NCBI GenBank assembly: GCA_026399095.1
Contig: JAPLRP010000059.1
Location: forward strand, 10,486-74,485
DNA from: Methylococcales bacterium
GTDB taxonomy: Bacteria > Pseudomonadota > Gammaproteobacteria > Methylococcales > Methylomonadaceae
Direction of reading: 5' to 3'
Length of the DNA: 64,000 bases
The notes under the pieces were generated by a model. It worked only from the letters and a program-made list of their open reading frames with translations. It did no database searches and had not been told where the DNA came from. Position 1 is the first letter of the stretch; every line of letters starts with the position of its first letter. A program made the position numbers and the translations under genes. Of this stretch, positions 19,802-28,453 are shown piece by piece.

Positions 19802-20269
19802 ATGATCAACCCGTTACTTAAAAAAGCACAACAAGCTTTTACCTTGATTGAATTAATGGTCGTCGTTGCCATTATTGGTATTTTGGCGTCGGTAGCGATT
19901 CCTTTGTATCTGAATTATACGGTTAAAGCGAAGTTGACCGAGGCCATAAGCTTGACTAGTCCTGCATTGCTTGCAATAGGCTTAGCCTGTAATGACCGTA
20001 CTCTTGGCGATACGGCTATCGATAATGCAACCTTTGGCTTAGGTGAACCTGCAAGTATTAGTGGTACTTATACCCAATCAGTTACAGCTTCAGGGGCAGT
20101 TGCATCTGGCGTAGGCACAGGCAAAGTTATTGTGGTCTTAAAAACTATCGGTGCAGGTATTAATGACGGTGATGCCATCATCTATAGTACGGTCTGTCAC
20201 GCTTCTGGTACTAAGTGGAATGTTACAGGGTCAGGCGCCAATATAGCTACATATTTACCAAAAGTGTAA
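19802..20269 (+). CDS. Type IV pilin, paralog 2
   Basis: MINPLLKKAQQA|[27 protein letters not shown] at 19802 is preferred over 19754. Confidence 0.9.
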   Translation: MINPLLKKAQQAFTLIELMVVVAIIGILASVAIPLYLNYTVKAKLTEAISLTSPALLAIGLACNDRTLGDTAIDNATFGLGEPASISGTYTQSVTASGAVASGVGTGKVIVVLKTIGAGINDGDAIIYSTVCHASGTKWNVTGSGANIATYLPKV

Positions 20270-20485
20270 TGCGTTAGTTTTCAAACCCCCGCTTCCAGTC
20301 TATTGATCGGGCCTCGTTTTTGGTGTTCGACAAACCATATCAAATCACAATCCCTTATTAATTTTACTGTTGAAAGTCTTTTAACGTTAGTTTATGATTA
20401 TTGTTTAAAAAATTAAACAATAATTGCTGTTTTTGTAATTATTTAATTAAATTAGGTTGACCTTTTGAGGTTTAAGAGGGTGTCT

Positions 20486-20977
20486 GTGAGCAACGCATTA
20501 ATTAAAGTTCAATTAGGTTTTACGTTAATAGAATTAATGATTGTGGTTGCGATCATGGGCATTTTAGCGGCCATTGCTTTTCCGGTTTATCAAAACTATA
20601 TCCTTAAAGCCAAATTAGTTGAGGCGGTTGTTTTTTTGGATGCACAAAAAAATCCCATCCTTGAAACGCTTGCAATTAATGGCGTCCTTCCATTAACAGC
20701 AAAGGCACCCATAGCGACCGGCACTCTTGCCAATTCAAAATATATTAAAACGGTTAATTATAATAACAGATCAGGTAAAGCGGCTTCTGTGGTGCTTACA
20801 CTCACCGGGACGGGGAATAACGCGTTAGATAAAAAATTTCTGGCGCTGTTTGCAGTAGTAGATGCTGTTAGCGGAAGTATATTGTGGACTTGTGGTACAG
20901 CAAGGGCAAAATCAAGCATACGCAGTGGCAAGGTAGTCGCAATGTATCCATTTTTACCGGCAAGTTGTCAAAATTAA
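20486..20977 (+). CDS. Type IV pilin, paralog 3
   Basis: (V/M)SNALIKVQLG|[27 protein letters not shown] and a C-terminal disulfide loop C-x27-C. GTG at 20486 lies 6-7 nt after AAGAGGG. TTG at 20465 and GTG at 20480 are alternative starts. Confidence 0.85.
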   Translation: MSNALIKVQLGFTLIELMIVVAIMGILAAIAFPVYQNYILKAKLVEAVVFLDAQKNPILETLAINGVLPLTAKAPIATGTLANSKYIKTVNYNNRSGKAASVVLTLTGTGNNALDKKFLALFAVVDAVSGSILWTCGTARAKSSIRSGKVVAMYPFLPASCQN

Positions 20978-21062
20978 TAGGGTAAAAACACCATCAAAAC
21001 ATGTTAGCTTTAACCCACATTTTTTTATCTACTTGTGGCTTGGAGCGTGTATTTTGTTATAA

Positions 21063-21280
21063 ATGTCTGGCGACACACATAGTGGTAAGCGGTAACCAGA
21101 TAATATGTCTGACGACACACATAGTGGTCAACAGTAACCAGATAATATGTCTGACGACGCACATCGTGGTCAGCAGTAACCAGATAATATGTCTGACGAC
21201 GCACATAGTGGTCAACAGTAATCAGATAATATGTCTGAAGTCGCACATAGTGGTTAACAGTAACCAGATAATATGTCTGA
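21063..21280. repeat. Tandem direct repeat, 42-bp unit x5 plus a partial sixth
   Basis: Units start at 21063, 21105, 21147, 21189 and 21231, with a partial unit at 21273. Consensus is ATGTCTGACGACACACATAGTGGTCAACAGTAACCAGATAAT, with a few substitutions per unit. Confidence 0.95.
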
Positions 21281-21336
21281 GTTACTCTATCCTGAAATTG
21301 GCGTTTTTAATTGCTAGATTCTCATTCTGAACTAAG

Positions 21337-21362
21337 GGTGGGCACCGTTCTTGTGCCCACGC
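21337..21362. repeat. REP-like GC-rich hairpin (copy 2), downstream of folP
   Basis: GGGTGGGCAC-cgttctt-GTGCCCACGC, in the same orientation as the 17459-17485 copy and nearly identical to it. Confidence 0.55.
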
Positions 21363-21417
21363 AGAGTATAATGGGTTTAGCTGGTTGTATTACAACGAGG
21401 CGGTACCCACCCCCTTT

Positions 21418-22257
21418 TTAGGCAAGAGTATCGCTTTTCCCCGCCTGTTTTATAGCCCACGCGACATCAGCGGCTTGCCGGTTTTCTTTGACATCATGCA
21501 CTCTAAATAGCTGTACGCCTGCCATAACACCTAAGGCGGTGGTCACTGCGGTGGCGGTTACCAGTTCTGAGGGTTCGGTGACATTGCAGAGGGTGCCCAT
21601 AAAGCGTTTACGACTGGTGCCTAATAGTACCGGAAAGCCCAAGTCCACCAGTGTTTTAAGGTGCGCCAATAAATCCAGATTATCCTGTTTTCGTTTACCA
21701 AAACCAATGCCGGGATCGAGGACTATCTTTTCTTTTTTAATACCGGCTGTTAAAGCTGCCGCAATTCTGTCTGTTAGGTTTTTGATAACGTCTTGAACCA
21801 CATTATCGTAATACGGATTTTCCTGCATGGTTTTTGGGGTACCTTGGCTATGCATTAATATGATGGGTACCCCTGTTTGAGCTGTCAACGTTAATATTGT
21901 GGGATCATTTTGTCCGGCGGATACATCGTTGATGAGAGTGGCGCCGGCTTTCAGCGCGGCTTCGGCAACAATGCTGGAGGTAGTGTCTATGCTGATGACT
22001 ACAGATGTATTTAACTGCTGTCTGATGGCGATTATTACCGGAATAACCCGTTGTATTTGTTCTGCCGATGTTACCGGGTCTGAGCCTGGGCGAGTTGATT
22101 CACCGCCTATGTCAATTATGTCGACACCTTCAGATAGCATTTTTTCAACATGAAACAGTGCTTCATTTAAATCAGAAAACTTGCCACCATCAGAAAAGCT
22201 GTCTGGTGTCACATTTAAAATACCCATAATCAGTGGTTTGTTGTGTTGACTAAACAT
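21418..22257 (-). CDS. folP: Dihydropteroate synthase
   Basis: MGILNVTPDSFSDGG, DIGGESTRPG and later pterin-binding motifs. 279 aa. Confidence 0.9.
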   Translation of the reverse strand: MFSQHNKPLIMGILNVTPDSFSDGGKFSDLNEALFHVEKMLSEGVDIIDIGGESTRPGSDPVTSAEQIQRVIPVIIAIRQQLNTSVVISIDTTSSIVAEAALKAGATLINDVSAGQNDPTILTLTAQTGVPIILMHSQGTPKTMQENPYYDNVVQDVIKNLTDRIAAALTAGIKKEKIVLDPGIGFGKRKQDNLDLLAHLKTLVDLGFPVLLGTSRKRFMGTLCNVTEPSELVTATAVTTALGVMAGVQLFRVHDVKENRQAADVAWAIKQAGKSDTLA

Positions 22258-22324
22258 GTCTTGGCTCCTGTGCGTGTTGCGGTTTAGATTCGGGTATAAT
22301 GTTGCAAATCTTTCGAATTTGAAT

Positions 22325-22885
22325 ATGTTAATGAATAAACCACGATTGGCTTGGGCGATTACCGGTTCCGGTCATTATATAGAAGACTGTCTCAATTTCC
22401 TGCTTACCCTTGATGAGGTTGATTTATATCTGAGTCAGGCAGCGGAGGAAGTGATAAAGATGTATGGGTTTAGCCTTAACGATATTCGCGAAAAAATGCC
22501 GGTCTATCGTGATAAAACCGCTTCATCGCCCACTGTCGGGCATTTTTATAAGGGTTATTACCATACATTTGTGATGGCGCCGGCGACTTCAAATACGGTC
22601 GCTAAATGTGTATTGGGAATTTCTGATTCACTGGTGACCAACTTATATTCCCAAGCTGGAAAATGTCGGATTCCCAGCATTGTTTACCCGTGTGATATTG
22701 CCTCAGAAATGGAAACGACAGCGCCTGGGGGTAAGAAAGTGATGGTTTATCCTCGTAAAATTGATTTGGAAGGTACTGATAAGTTAAGTACGCATGATTA
22801 TACAAGTATCGTTACCAGTGTTGATGAGTTAATCATGACTGTTAAAGATCGTTTGGTTTTTGTTGCAAAAGCGAGTGATGCTTAA
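22325..22885 (+). CDS. Flavoprotein-family protein (archaeal AfpA/Dmr-like), H4MPT-linked
   Basis: AITGSGHY and MAPATSNTVAK motifs of the flavoprotein (PF02441-like) fold. ATG at 22325 is preferred over 22256. Co-oriented with the H4MPT genes. Confidence 0.7.
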   Translation: MLMNKPRLAWAITGSGHYIEDCLNFLLTLDEVDLYLSQAAEEVIKMYGFSLNDIREKMPVYRDKTASSPTVGHFYKGYYHTFVMAPATSNTVAKCVLGISDSLVTNLYSQAGKCRIPSIVYPCDIASEMETTAPGGKKVMVYPRKIDLEGTDKLSTHDYTSIVTSVDELIMTVKDRLVFVAKASDA

Positions 22886-24276
22886 TGAGCGAACATATCC
22901 TTTTTTTGACGGGTAGGTTGGCAGAAAAACAATTACGTAATATTCTGGAAAAAATGCAACCGGATTTTACTTATACTGTTCATCAGCCGGGGGTTAAGGT
23001 TGCCGCTTTAATGACAGCCGATATGATTGCTCGCCGGTTGGTTGATACATTTGGTGCTGATCGGATTATTGTGCCCGGACGGTGTCGGGGTGATTTGACC
23101 GCTTTATCAGTAACCTTGGGTTTGCCTGTGGTTCGGGGTCCTGAAGAGCTTAAGGATTTGCCGCAGTATTTTGGTAAAGCCGCACAAAAACATGACTTGA
23201 GTCGGTACAGCGTTAAAATATTTGCCGAAATTGTCGATGCACCTCATGTCAGTGTTGAAGAGGTACTTAAACGCGCCTGGTATTATAAAAAAAATGGCGC
23301 GGATGTGATTGATATCGGTTGCTTGCCCAGTACCGATTTTCCGCACATGGAAGACATTATTCGTACCTTAAAGCAGGAAGGGTTTACGGTTAGTATTGAT
23401 TCTTTAGAGGCCGGTGATTTGCTGAGAGGTGCCAAGGCGGGCGCTGATTATATGCTTAGTTTGCATGAAGGTACGCTCTGGGTTGCAGACGAGGTCGATG
23501 CAATACCGATTATAATTCCTGAAAGACATGAGGATTTGGCGTCTTTGGATAGAGCTATTAAGATAATGCAGGCTAAAAACCGTGCTTTTATTGTTGACCC
23601 GATTTTAGACCCGCTGCATTTTGGTTTTACGCAATCAGTGGTGCGTTATCATGAGGTTAGAAAAAATCATCCAACGATAGAAATAATGATGGGTGTCGGT
23701 AATATTACCGAACTGACTCATGCTGATACAGCGGGTATGAATGCCCTTTTATTAGGTATATGTTCAGAACTTAATATTAACAATATTTTGGCGACTGAAG
23801 TCAGTCGTCATGCTTGCCGAGCCATTAAAGAAGCAGATGTGGCGAGGCGGATATTATTTGCGGCTAAAGAAAATGATACCCTGCCCAAGCATATTGACCC
23901 CGGCTTGATGGCCCTGCATGAAATATCACCTTTTCCGTATTCTCTGGAAGAAATTAAAGACATTGCAGGGCAAATCTCAGACCCCAGTTTTCGCATTCAA
24001 ACCAGTGCTGAAGGGGTGCATATTTTTAATCGCGATGGTTTGCATAGTGCGACTGATCCATTTGATTTATTTCCCAAGCTGCAGGTTGATACGGATGGCG
24101 GACATGCTTTTTATTTAGGTGTTGAATTGGCTCGCGCTGAAATAGCTTGGCAATTAGGTAAACGTTTTACGCAAGATCAAGCGCTTAACTGGGGTTGTGC
24201 GACTGATCATGCCGAACAAACAGTCGATTTGCATACCTTTAAACCCGCTGGAACGACGTTAAAAAAACCACAATGA
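22885..24276 (+). CDS. Dihydropteroate-synthase-like pterin-binding protein with an N-terminal extra domain (methanopterin biosynthesis type)
   Basis: 463 aa. The central region GADVIDIGCLPS...SIDS resembles the DHPS TIM barrel. The TAATG start overlaps the upstream stop. Confidence 0.7.
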   Translation: MSEHILFLTGRLAEKQLRNILEKMQPDFTYTVHQPGVKVAALMTADMIARRLVDTFGADRIIVPGRCRGDLTALSVTLGLPVVRGPEELKDLPQYFGKAAQKHDLSRYSVKIFAEIVDAPHVSVEEVLKRAWYYKKNGADVIDIGCLPSTDFPHMEDIIRTLKQEGFTVSIDSLEAGDLLRGAKAGADYMLSLHEGTLWVADEVDAIPIIIPERHEDLASLDRAIKIMQAKNRAFIVDPILDPLHFGFTQSVVRYHEVRKNHPTIEIMMGVGNITELTHADTAGMNALLLGICSELNINNILATEVSRHACRAIKEADVARRILFAAKENDTLPKHIDPGLMALHEISPFPYSLEEIKDIAGQISDPSFRIQTSAEGVHIFNRDGLHSATDPFDLFPKLQVDTDGGHAFYLGVELARAEIAWQLGKRFTQDQALNWGCATDHAEQTVDLHTFKPAGTTLKKPQ

Positions 24277-24836
24277 TCCAAGAAGTGATAGTAACCACCC
24301 AGAATAATTCCGGCTTGGCGCACCTTGCGCCTATGGGTATTCATAGCAATGGGGATGAATTTATTATCCTGCCGTTTCGCCCGTCTACAACCCTTAATAA
24401 TCTGTTGGAAAGTAAAACAGCGGTGCTTAATTACTGTGATGATGTGCGTGTTTTTGCAGGTTGTTTAACCGGACGGCGTGACTGGCCGTTGAGGGCGGCA
24501 GAAAAAATTAAGGGTCAAGTGCTGCAGTGTGCGTTGGCGCATACTGAACTTGAATTGCTGCGAATTGAAGATGATCCAACGCGCCCGAGATTATTTTGTA
24601 AGGCGGTGCATACGGTTAATCATGCGCCCTTTAAGGGCTTTAACCGTGCCCAGTATTCTGTTTTGGAGGCGGCTATTTTAATCAGTCGACTGGATTGGTT
24701 GCCGTTGGCAAAAATAGAAACAGAAATAGATTATCTCCGGATTGGCTTTGAAAAAACAGCAGGCGACAGGGAAGTGGAAGCGTGGGGTTGGTTGATGACA
24801 GTCATTGAAAAATTTAAAGCAGAGGCCAAGGTATGA
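24273..24836 (+). CDS. DUF447-family protein (H4MPT-associated, FMN-binding split-barrel-like)
   Basis: 187 aa. Its position between the DHPS-like and MfnB-like genes matches methylotroph C1-cofactor islands. ATGA overlap with the upstream gene. Confidence 0.6.
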   Translation: MIQEVIVTTQNNSGLAHLAPMGIHSNGDEFIILPFRPSTTLNNLLESKTAVLNYCDDVRVFAGCLTGRRDWPLRAAEKIKGQVLQCALAHTELELLRIEDDPTRPRLFCKAVHTVNHAPFKGFNRAQYSVLEAAILISRLDWLPLAKIETEIDYLRIGFEKTAGDREVEAWGWLMTVIEKFKAEAKV

Positions 24837-25525
24837 GCGGGCTACTGGCCAGTGTCAATAGTGTTGAAGAAGCCTTGCTGGTATTAAGTGCAGAGGTTGA
24901 TATTGTTGATCTAAAGCAACCGGCATTGGGGGCGTTAGGCGCTTTGGATGTAACTACTGTTAAGCAGATTGTTGCTGCCATTGCAGGGCGTTGTCCTGTT
25001 AGTGCAACCATTGGTGATTTACCCATGCAGCCTGAACCGGTTTTTAGTGCGGTTAAAGCAATGGCAGAAACAGGGGTTGATTATATAAAAATCGGCTTTT
25101 TCCCGGGTGATGACTGGCAGGGAACGATACAAAAATTAGCGTCATTAACGAGCCAAAATCATGCGTTAATTGCGGTGTTATTTGCGGATACAGACCCAGA
25201 TTTTGCTGTGTTGAGTGCCTTAAAAACAGCCGCTTTTAAAGGGGTTATGTTGGACACCATGAACAAACAAAAAGGTTCGTTAACGCAAGTCATGTCTAAA
25301 TTAGCGATTGCTGAGTTTGTTAAACAAGCTAAAGCACTTGAACTTCTGTGTGGATTGGCGGGCTCATTAAGGTTGTCAGATATACCGGAGCTGTTGCTTT
25401 ATGCGCCTGATTATCTGGGCTTTAGAGGGGCTTTATGTCAGGAGCACGTTAGGGTAGGGCAGTTAAACAAGCAGGCTGTTTTGCAGATTAAGCAGGCGAT
25501 GAATATGAGAGTTATTAAATCTTAA
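24833..25525 (+). CDS. mfnB: (5-formylfuran-3-yl)methyl phosphate synthase-like protein (MfnB/DUF556)
   Basis: The N-terminus LLASVNSVEEALLVLSAEVDIVDLKQPALGALGAL resembles the MfnB N-terminal pattern. 230 aa. Confidence 0.7.
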   Translation: MSGLLASVNSVEEALLVLSAEVDIVDLKQPALGALGALDVTTVKQIVAAIAGRCPVSATIGDLPMQPEPVFSAVKAMAETGVDYIKIGFFPGDDWQGTIQKLASLTSQNHALIAVLFADTDPDFAVLSALKTAAFKGVMLDTMNKQKGSLTQVMSKLAIAEFVKQAKALELLCGLAGSLRLSDIPELLLYAPDYLGFRGALCQEHVRVGQLNKQAVLQIKQAMNMRVIKS

Positions 25526-25647
25526 AAGTCGGTAGTTCGGGTAAGTTACTATTGCTTTGTCTATAAAACAGATTAATTTACTCTGATTCTTGGTTTGTAT
25601 GCCGTATAATTTGCTCATAACGTTAACTTTTTTAAAAGATCCGGACG

Positions 25648-26865
25648 ATGTCAATTAGCCTTAGAAAAATCACCCATCAAGTTTTAGTCGGCGACGTTAA
25701 AGTCGGCGGCGGTGCGCCTATCGTTGTTCAATCAATGACTAATACCGACACCGTTAATGTGTCTGCAACGGTTAATCAAATTATTGAATTAGCGACTGCC
25801 GGTTCCGAGATAGTTCGTATCACGGTTAACTCAGAAGAAGCAGCGAAAGCGGTTGCCGAGATTCGTAATACCTTAAATCAAAAAGGGTGTACGGTTCCTA
25901 TTGTTGGTGATTTTCATTTTAACGGTCATAAGTTACTTGAAAAATATCCGGATTGTGCAGAAGCCTTGGATAAATACCGGATTAACCCCGGTAACGTTGG
26001 GCGTGGTAAAAGCCGTGATCCTCAGTTTCAGCAAATGATTGAGTTTGCTTGTCAGTATGATAAACCTGTTCGTATTGGCGTTAACGGCGGCAGTTTGGAT
26101 CAATCGGTGCTTACCCGTTTATTAGATGAAAACAGGCTGTTAAAACATCCGGAACCTTTACCGGCCATTACCCGTAAAGCGATTGTTTTGTCGGCACTTG
26201 AAAGTGCGGCTAAAGCTGAAGAAATCGGTTTGGGCAAAAACAAAATCATCCTTTCTTGTAAAATCAGTAATGTACAAGAACTGATTAATATTTATCAGGA
26301 TTTATCCAGTCGTTGTGATTACGCCCTTCATTTAGGGCTTACTGAGGCGGGTATGGGTTCCAAAGGTATCGTTTCTTCAGCGGCTGCTTTGTCGGTATTA
26401 ATGCAACAAGGTATCGGTGATACGATTCGTATTTCTTTAACACCTGAACCCGGTGCGTCAAGAACTCAAGAAGTGATTGTGGGTCAAGAAATTCTACAAA
26501 CTATGGGCTTTAGATCTTTTACGCCGATGGTTATTTCTTGCCCAGGCTGCGGTCGCACGACCAGTGATTATTTCCAAAAACTGGCGATGGATATCCAAAC
26601 TTATTTACGCGATCAAATGCCGATATGGCGCACACAATATCCAGGCGTAGAAACGATGGAAATTGCCGTGATGGGTTGTGTGGTTAATGGGCCGGGCGAA
26701 AGTAAAAGTGCCAACATTGGTATCAGTTTGCCAGGCACTGGTGAAACACCGGTCGCGCCTGTTTATGAAGATGGTGAAAAAACAGTGACGTTAAAAGGCG
26801 ATAGAATTGCTGAAGAGTTTCAGGAAATAGTGCAACGTTACATAGAATCGCATTACGCTGCGTAA
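25648..26865 (+). CDS. ispG: 4-hydroxy-3-methylbut-2-en-1-yl diphosphate synthase
   Basis: [17 protein letters not shown] and the C-terminal CPGCGRT...GCVVNGPGE Fe-S motif. Confidence 0.95.
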   Translation: MSISLRKITHQVLVGDVKVGGGAPIVVQSMTNTDTVNVSATVNQIIELATAGSEIVRITVNSEEAAKAVAEIRNTLNQKGCTVPIVGDFHFNGHKLLEKYPDCAEALDKYRINPGNVGRGKSRDPQFQQMIEFACQYDKPVRIGVNGGSLDQSVLTRLLDENRLLKHPEPLPAITRKAIVLSALESAAKAEEIGLGKNKIILSCKISNVQELINIYQDLSSRCDYALHLGLTEAGMGSKGIVSSAAALSVLMQQGIGDTIRISLTPEPGASRTQEVIVGQEILQTMGFRSFTPMVISCPGCGRTTSDYFQKLAMDIQTYLRDQMPIWRTQYPGVETMEIAVMGCVVNGPGESKSANIGISLPGTGETPVAPVYEDGEKTVTLKGDRIAEEFQEIVQRYIESHYAA

Positions 26866-26891
26866 CTAAAATACAGTCGTTAATCACGTCA

Positions 26892-26940
26892 AGCCCCTGA
26901 CTTTTATGATTACAATCATAGAAGTCAGGGGCTTTTTGTT
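26892..26940 (+). terminator. Rho-independent terminator after ispG
   Basis: AGCCCCTGACTT...AAGTCAGGGGCT stem of 12 bp followed by TTTTGTT. Confidence 0.75.
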
Positions 26941-26979
26941 ATGTAATAGTTTAATGGTTTTGAGTCATAGCGATAATCA

Positions 26980-28350
26980 ATGAGTTCTGTAAAACAACAG
27001 TCATTAGTTAATGCGTTTTTATCAACATGGATGGCGGAGCATTCTGAATCATCCTTGTTTTTAAAGTTGCTTACCTTGTGTGATAGTGATGCCATTTATT
27101 TGCTTGATAAAGACCAAAAGATTTTATACTGGAGTCAAGGGGCTGAAAAGCTGACCGGTTTCAATTGCGACGCCAGCTTAGGTAGACCTTGCTGGCCAGA
27201 GTGCATGATTGCTGATGTTGATGCGTCCATAGAGCAGTTAATAACGTTAGTTAAAGCAGACGGTACTCAGGTTCAGTTAAATAAGTCCGTACAGATTATT
27301 TATGATAAGTCGGGCATTTTTACCGGTGGTTTTGGCCGTTTATTCCCTAACACTGAGCATTTAAGCATTGCATCATCGCCTATTTCCGGATTGGATGCCG
27401 GCAAACAAAGTTTTCAGGGCTTAATTAGTCGTTCACCAGCGATGCAGGCGGTTTTTCAGATTATTGAAAATGCCGCAGAAACGACAGCAACGGTATTGGT
27501 AAGAGGAGAAAGCGGTTCTGGTAAGGAGTTGGTTGCTAAAGCCATTCATGATTTAAGCCCGCGTCGAGCTGCGCCTTTTTTGGCGATAAATTGTGCGGCA
27601 TTATCCAGCAGTCTGTTGGAAAGTGAATTATTTGGCCATGTGCGAGGTGCTTTTACGGGCGCTATTAAGGATCACAGCGGTTTATTTCAACGGGCTCACG
27701 GTGGTACGCTGTTTTTGGATGAAGTGGCCGAGCTTCCGCTTGATTTGCAAGCAAAACTGCTACGCGTTATTCAGGAAAGAAATTATATACCGGTGGGTGG
27801 TGATCGTTTAATTAACGTTGATGTGCGTATTGTTGCAGCGACACATCGCTCGTTACGCGAAGAAGTTAAAAGGGGACGCTTTCGTGAAGATTTGATGTAT
27901 CGCTTGAGAGTTGTACCGATTTTTCTACCGCCTTTGCGGGAGCGTAGAGAGGATATCAATTTATTACTCTGGCACTTTATTAACCTGCATAATGCAGATA
28001 ATTTTAGAAAAATAGAGAAAATCGAGCCTCAAGCGATGCGACTACTGTTGGATTACGCGTGGCCGGGTAATATCAGAGAGCTACATAATGTGGTTGAATA
28101 TGCTTTTGCAGTCGGTCGCGGTGTTAACTTGCGTTGTACTGAGTTACCACCTGAATTTAGAGAGTCCCGTGCTATAGCACCGAGTTTGCCGGTTCAGCCA
28201 ATTAGCTCAAAAAGAGTTACTGCAGAACAACAATCAGATGCGATCCGTCAGGCATTAGAGAACAGTAAAGGCAATATTACCTCAGCCGCTCAGTCATTAG
28301 GCATGAGTAGAGCGACATTTTGGCGTAAACGCAAAACTTATGGAGTATAA
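26980..28350 (+). CDS. Sigma-54-dependent transcriptional activator (PAS-AAA+-HTH), no receiver domain
   Basis: GESGSGKE Walker A, GAFTGA sigma-54 contact motif, C-terminal Fis-type HTH. The N-terminal PAS-like region contains CWPEC. Confidence 0.9.
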   Translation: MSSVKQQSLVNAFLSTWMAEHSESSLFLKLLTLCDSDAIYLLDKDQKILYWSQGAEKLTGFNCDASLGRPCWPECMIADVDASIEQLITLVKADGTQVQLNKSVQIIYDKSGIFTGGFGRLFPNTEHLSIASSPISGLDAGKQSFQGLISRSPAMQAVFQIIENAAETTATVLVRGESGSGKELVAKAIHDLSPRRAAPFLAINCAALSSSLLESELFGHVRGAFTGAIKDHSGLFQRAHGGTLFLDEVAELPLDLQAKLLRVIQERNYIPVGGDRLINVDVRIVAATHRSLREEVKRGRFREDLMYRLRVVPIFLPPLRERREDINLLLWHFINLHNADNFRKIEKIEPQAMRLLLDYAWPGNIRELHNVVEYAFAVGRGVNLRCTELPPEFRESRAIAPSLPVQPISSKRVTAEQQSDAIRQALENSKGNITSAAQSLGMSRATFWRKRKTYGV

Positions 28351-28453
28351 AATAACTTAAACAGGTAGGGCGTATTAGCATAGCGTCATACACCAAACGA
28401 ACTTTTTATTCTTTTTTCGTGCTTTTCGTGTCTTTCGTAGACACTGTTTTTAT

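Noticed and set aside
19740-20485. Sigma-54 promoters for pilins 2 and 3
   Set aside because: The candidate GG/GC elements, for example TGGCCGGCTGTTACT at about 19771, do not have GC at the -12 spacing.
21063-21280. Possible CRISPR array
   Set aside because: The repeat units abut directly with no unique spacers, and no cas genes are in the window.
21001-21330. ORF-track proteins 21001..21330 (+) and 21025..21246 (-) with repetitive sequence (…THIVVNSNQIICL… and …RRQTYYLVTVDHYV…)
   Set aside because: Both are open only because the 42-bp (14-codon) tandem repeat happens to lack stops in those frames. There is no SD, the composition is not protein-like, and the ORFs mirror each other on opposite strands.
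28372-28446. gtagggcgtattagcatagcgtcatacacc and the triple CTTTTCGTG-like direct repeat between the convergent activator and helicase genes
   Set aside because: These are single, imperfect occurrences, and only a weak 6-bp hairpin (GTGTCT/AGACAC) is present. The region is probably just a terminator region.
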